NCBI GenBank assembly: GCA_030446015.1
Contig: JASUSO010000002.1
Span: 1,925-65,924 of the forward strand
Reading direction: 5' to 3'
Length of the DNA stretch: 64,000 bases
Source: Methanobacteriota archaeon
Lineage (GTDB): Archaea; Halobacteriota; Methanomicrobia; Methanomicrobiales; Methanoculleaceae
The notes beneath the pieces were generated by a model. That model ran no database searches, was not told the DNA's origin, and saw nothing but the letters and a program-made list of their open reading frames with translations. Of this stretch, positions 60,168 to 64,000 are shown one piece after another (position 1 is the first letter of the stretch; each line of letters starts with the position of its first letter). The translations under genes and the position numbers were made by a program.

Positions 60168-61403
60168 ATGAAGATATTACAGGTGACCCCGTTCTTCAAA
60201 CCGCTCTGGGAGTCAGGCGGGGTGGCGCGGGTCGCATACGACATCTCCCGGCACCTGCACGAGAACGGGCACGAGATCACCGTCTACACGACGAACTGGA
60301 GCCTCTACCCGAACGACCTGCCGACGAACCGCGTCGTCCCCGTCGATGGGATGAACGTCTACTACTTTGAGAACTTACGAAGGTACGCTCGCGGGGCGGC
60401 CCTGCCGGTGATGCCCTACCGGATGCCCGCGGTCGCGAAGCGGGAGCTCGCCGGGTTCGACCTCGTCCACATCCACGACCACCGCACCATGCTCACCGTC
60501 ATCGCCTCGCATTACGCGAGGAAGTACGGCGTGCCCTACGTGCTCCAGGCGCACGGGGCGCTCCCGCAGGATACGGGGGCAACACGGATGAAGCGGCTCT
60601 TCGACCGGTTCTGGTCGGATAAAGTGATCCTCGGCGCTGCGGGGGTTATCGCGCTCAACGAGACGGAGGCGGAGCGCTACCGGGAACTCGGTGTCGCCGA
60701 CGAGAAGATCGCGATCGTCCCGAACGGCATCGACCTCGCCGAGTACCCCTCCCTCCCCGACCGCGGCAGGTTCCGTGCGGCATGGGGGATCGATGATGCC
60801 GCGAAGGTCGTGCTCTACCTCGGGAGGCTCGACCCGACGAAGGGGATCGATCTCTTAATCCGCTCGTTCGCCGTGGTCGCGCGGGAGTTCGACGATGCCG
60901 TCCTGGTGCTCGTCGGCGGGGATATGGGCCACAACGAGGAGTTCAGGCAGCGGGTCGGGTCGCTCGGTCTCGACGACCGGGTGATCTTCACGGGGTTCGT
61001 GAGCAAGGAGGAGAAGGTAGCCGCGTACACCGACGCCGACGTCTTCGTGACGCCGAGCTTCACCGGGTTCCCCGTCACATTCCTCGAAGCGTGCCTCTGC
61101 GGGGCGCCCATCGTGACGACGGGCAAGGGAGATCTGCTCGGGTGGATCGACAATGTCGTCGGGTTCAACACCGAATATACGCCTGAGGCGCTTGCCGACG
61201 CCATCGGGCGCCTGCTTGCCGACGATGCGCTGCGGGCGAGGTTCAGTGAGCAGGCGAGGGAACTCGTCCGGACCAGGTACAACTGGAAGGCAATCGTCAG
61301 CGATATCGAGACGTTTTATTCGAAGGTTGCCGGGAGCGCGGGAGGAGGCACTCCGGTGGTAATCTCAAAAGAGGCGGCCCCGAAGACTCCGGATACCTTT
61401 TGA
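60168..61403 (+). CDS. GT4 family glycosyltransferase
   Basis: SGGVAR, VPNGID, LGRLDPTKG and FTGFV motifs. Confidence 0.88.
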   Translation: MKILQVTPFFKPLWESGGVARVAYDISRHLHENGHEITVYTTNWSLYPNDLPTNRVVPVDGMNVYYFENLRRYARGAALPVMPYRMPAVAKRELAGFDLVHIHDHRTMLTVIASHYARKYGVPYVLQAHGALPQDTGATRMKRLFDRFWSDKVILGAAGVIALNETEAERYRELGVADEKIAIVPNGIDLAEYPSLPDRGRFRAAWGIDDAAKVVLYLGRLDPTKGIDLLIRSFAVVAREFDDAVLVLVGGDMGHNEEFRQRVGSLGLDDRVIFTGFVSKEEKVAAYTDADVFVTPSFTGFPVTFLEACLCGAPIVTTGKGDLLGWIDNVVGFNTEYTPEALADAIGRLLADDALRARFSEQARELVRTRYNWKAIVSDIETFYSKVAGSAGGGTPVVISKEAAPKTPDTF

Positions 61404-61517
61404 TCTTTGGGTTCTTCGCGTGAGCCGCAGATACGAACAATCCGGAGAGGATTAACCCTTAACAAAACGAAAAAAAGATTGGGGACGGGCCAGTCTGGCC
61501 CGATAGTATCAACCGAT

Positions 61518-62975
61518 TTACGCGCCGGGCGACGTGACCTTCATGCCGTCCGTCTGGACGTTCGATCCGCCCTCGACCAGGAACGCCTTCTCGGAAGCGG
61601 AGGTAATCTCGCCGGTGTACTGGACGTTCTGGTTGTTCTTCGCCCAGACGAGCGTCTCGACCCGGTCGCCGGAGGCGTGGATGTCGACTTCGGCGTTGCT
61701 GAACTGGCCGTTCGTGCCGCCGAGGCTTGCACCCTTGCCGTCGATCCCTGCCGGGTTCACGAGCTCGAAGTTCCTGATCTCGATGTTGCTCGCGAGGTCG
61801 ACCTGGAGGCCGTAGCCGTGCGAGTCGATGCTCGTGCAGTTTTCAAGCACCAGGGCGGGGTCGGTCGAGCGGCTCGGGATGCTGTAGTAGCCGGCCGGCT
61901 TACGGTAGGTGTAGTCGGTCTTCCCGGCGCCGGTGTCCTTCTCGACACAGTTGTAGAGCTTGCCGCCGTTGGTCGCGTAGAACCCATACAGCGAGTTGCC
62001 TTCCGCAACGCAGTCGATGAACGTCACGTCGGCGTTCGGGGCGTAGTAGCCGCACCCGAAGTAGTGGGTCGACATGTCGCTCTGCTTGTAGGGCACGGTC
62101 GGGTAGGGCTTAACCCCGTTGTTCTTGCTCGTGCAGTTCTCGAGGACGGCGTTCGTCACCTTCGGGTCGAACTCGAAGTGGAACCCGGACTCGAGGTTGC
62201 CTTCCGCATAGCAGTCCTTCACGTAGAGGCCGTCAATGTCGTTTAACTCCGCAAAGTCGAACCCGGTGATCCAGGGGTTGAACACACCCGTGCTCCCGCA
62301 GTTGATCGCCTGGCAGTTCTCGTAGCGGACGTCCTTGATGACCTTGTTCGACGATCCCCAGGCGTTGTGGAGGAACCCGTAGGTGCCGGTGTCCACGGCC
62401 TTGCAGTTGACGAACTCGACGTCCTCGAGGGTCGGGGCATAGACCGCCGGGTCGTGGATCAGGAGGAAGACCGCCTGGATGCTCGCGTCAGCGGTTCCCG
62501 TGATGTTGTGGATCTTCGCGTGGCTTGCCCGGACGGTCAGCACACCGAGCCACTTGACGCCGCTGCTGTAGCCGCTGCCCTCGACGTGGAATCCGTCAAG
62601 AGTCACGTACTCCTGGTCGACGTTGATACGTCCGTCGCCGGTGAAGACGAGGTTCGTTGCATCCGGACCCTGCCCGGAGAGCGTCGTGCCTGCCAGCGGC
62701 GCGATGACGCCGGCGCAGTTGAACGTACCGTCCGTAAGGACTACGGTACCGCCGTCGGGCAGCGCGGCGAGCGCCGCCTGGATCTCGGCCTGGTCGTCGA
62801 CTCCATCACAGACGTAGTCTGCCTGGTTCTTCGACAGTTCGGTGCTATCGCTTGCAGCCACGGTGAGCGTGGCGGGACTTGCAGACTCGGCTGCACTTAC
62901 TGGAGCGAGTGCTGCAACAAAGCAGCACACCAGTAGTGCTGCACCCAGTCTCAGTATATTCTGCCTGTCTATCAT
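61518..62975 (-). CDS. Secreted right-handed parallel beta-helix (pectin-lyase-like) protein
   Basis: Signal peptide; DYVCDGVDDQAEIQAALAALP.GGTV.L..G.F N-terminal motif; repeated (V/L)x(F/L)xNCxAxxN units. Confidence 0.82.
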   Translation of the reverse strand: MIDRQNILRLGAALLVCCFVAALAPVSAAESASPATLTVAASDSTELSKNQADYVCDGVDDQAEIQAALAALPDGGTVVLTDGTFNCAGVIAPLAGTTLSGQGPDATNLVFTGDGRINVDQEYVTLDGFHVEGSGYSSGVKWLGVLTVRASHAKIHNITGTADASIQAVFLLIHDPAVYAPTLEDVEFVNCKAVDTGTYGFLHNAWGSSNKVIKDVRYENCQAINCGSTGVFNPWITGFDFAELNDIDGLYVKDCYAEGNLESGFHFEFDPKVTNAVLENCTSKNNGVKPYPTVPYKQSDMSTHYFGCGYYAPNADVTFIDCVAEGNSLYGFYATNGGKLYNCVEKDTGAGKTDYTYRKPAGYYSIPSRSTDPALVLENCTSIDSHGYGLQVDLASNIEIRNFELVNPAGIDGKGASLGGTNGQFSNAEVDIHASGDRVETLVWAKNNQNVQYTGEITSASEKAFLVEGGSNVQTDGMKVTSPGA

Positions 62976-63520
62976 GCCATTCAGCCTCTCTGTGAGGTAT
63001 CACTACCGTCTTTCAATCGCAATATAAATATTTTATTGTAAAAATAAAATTAATCTGAGGGATTAATTGACGATATGGGCTACAGAGATGCGATCTGTTC
63101 TGGTGCTACTCCGTCATACCGGATATCGGTTCCTGCAGAAAGGTCTTATATGATCAGTTTGAGTAAAACCGAAGACTACAAATACTCGCGCTTCCCGTCG
63201 GTCATTCGGCCGGAGGGGCCATCCCCGAAACGCTTTCAGCCGGGATGAATGGAGATTCGATTTCGTGCGCCGGCACGGCATGGACACCCCGGCCCTCGCT
63301 ACAGGGCGATGCCGCGAAATGGCGCGAATTACAGGCCGCTTGCACGCATAGGGAATCGTTGCGGCCGAATGCAGCAGGAAGACAACGTGGATACGCCCGG
63401 AGGAAAACGATCGCCGGAGCGGGCGACGCCGGGATTACGCACGCCCCGGAGGGGTGCATCCGCCAAATAACGCCCCACGGCACAATCTCTATATAGGGCA
63501 TCCTCATAGAGAGAGCCCCT

Positions 63521-64000
63521 ATGCGAGTGGCGTGCCTGACCTTCTGGTTCTACGACTACACCATCCAGATGGCAAACGAACTTGCCCGGCATACCGATGT
63601 GCTGCTGCTGCTCCCCGACTACAGGTCGGAGGAGTACGTGGAGAGCATCGACCCGGCGGTGAACGTCCACATCTTCGGCTACTCCCGGCACGCCGGGCGA
63701 CTCAGTCCGTCGTGCTACCCGATGCTCAAAGAGATCGTCGCCGCAATCGACGACTTCGCTCCCGATGTCGTCCACTTCCAGGTGAACAACCCCATGCTCT
63801 GCCCGCTCCTCCCGATGCTCCGGAAGTACCCGCTGGTGGCGACGTTCCACGACATCGAACCCCACCCCGGCGAAGACCGCCTCTTTGACGTAGGCTCGCT
63901 GCTCTACCGGCTCACCCTCTTCGTCTCGAGGGTCATGCCGGACCGGATCTTCGTCCACGGAAAGGCCCTCCGCGACACCCTGGTGAAGGACTACCGCGTC
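63521..64000 (+). CDS. GT4 family glycosyltransferase, 5' part; runs off the window edge
   Basis: Manual translation: MRVACLTFWFYDYTIQMANELA...PDVVHFQ...ATFHDIEPHPGE...DRIFVHG. Not in the ORF track because it has no stop in the window. Confidence 0.8.
   Translation, partial: MRVACLTFWFYDYTIQMANELARHTDVLLLLPDYRSEEYVESIDPAVNVHIFGYSRHAGRLSPSCYPMLKEIVAAIDDFAPDVVHFQVNNPMLCPLLPMLRKYPLVATFHDIEPHPGEDRLFDVGSLLYRLTLFVSRVMPDRIFVHGKALRDTLVKDYRV

Overview
GC-rich archaeal chromosome segment. EF-1alpha, Rpl7Ae, CetZ, XerA, methanogenesis marker 12 and RFAP synthase point to a methanogen, most consistent with Methanomicrobiales (Methanoculleus-like; inferred, not database-checked). It is mostly core genome: xerA, mobB-moaE, glmM, two paaK plus ACT, hps and phi, amt-glnK, cobT/cobZ/cobS, tuf-rps10, rpl7ae-rps28e-rpl24e-ndk, thrC, porGDAB and apgM. 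Glycosylation genes sit at both ends and in the middle, including a lower-GC patch with a truncated GT4. No CRISPR array, rRNA, tRNA or transposase was recognised. Main observations: (1) a modular hairpin-rich repeat family in three intergenic regions (about 18.4-18.7, 25.0-25.2 and 31.26-31.44 kb) with a compensatory base-pair change, a candidate structured RNA or REP/MITE-like family; (2) a stand-alone Cas1 lacking the first catalytic Glu, overlapping an operon of a 1188-aa helical-repeat protein and acylphosphatase; (3) a frameshift in a G7 run at the start of a sugar epimerase; (4) a box C/D-type K-loop in the rpl7ae leader and a GGAA-N6-TTCC NrpR-type operator upstream of amt-glnK; (5) a T-depleted 1.3 kb non-coding region beside xerA; (6) a CetZ paired with a single-pass membrane protein.
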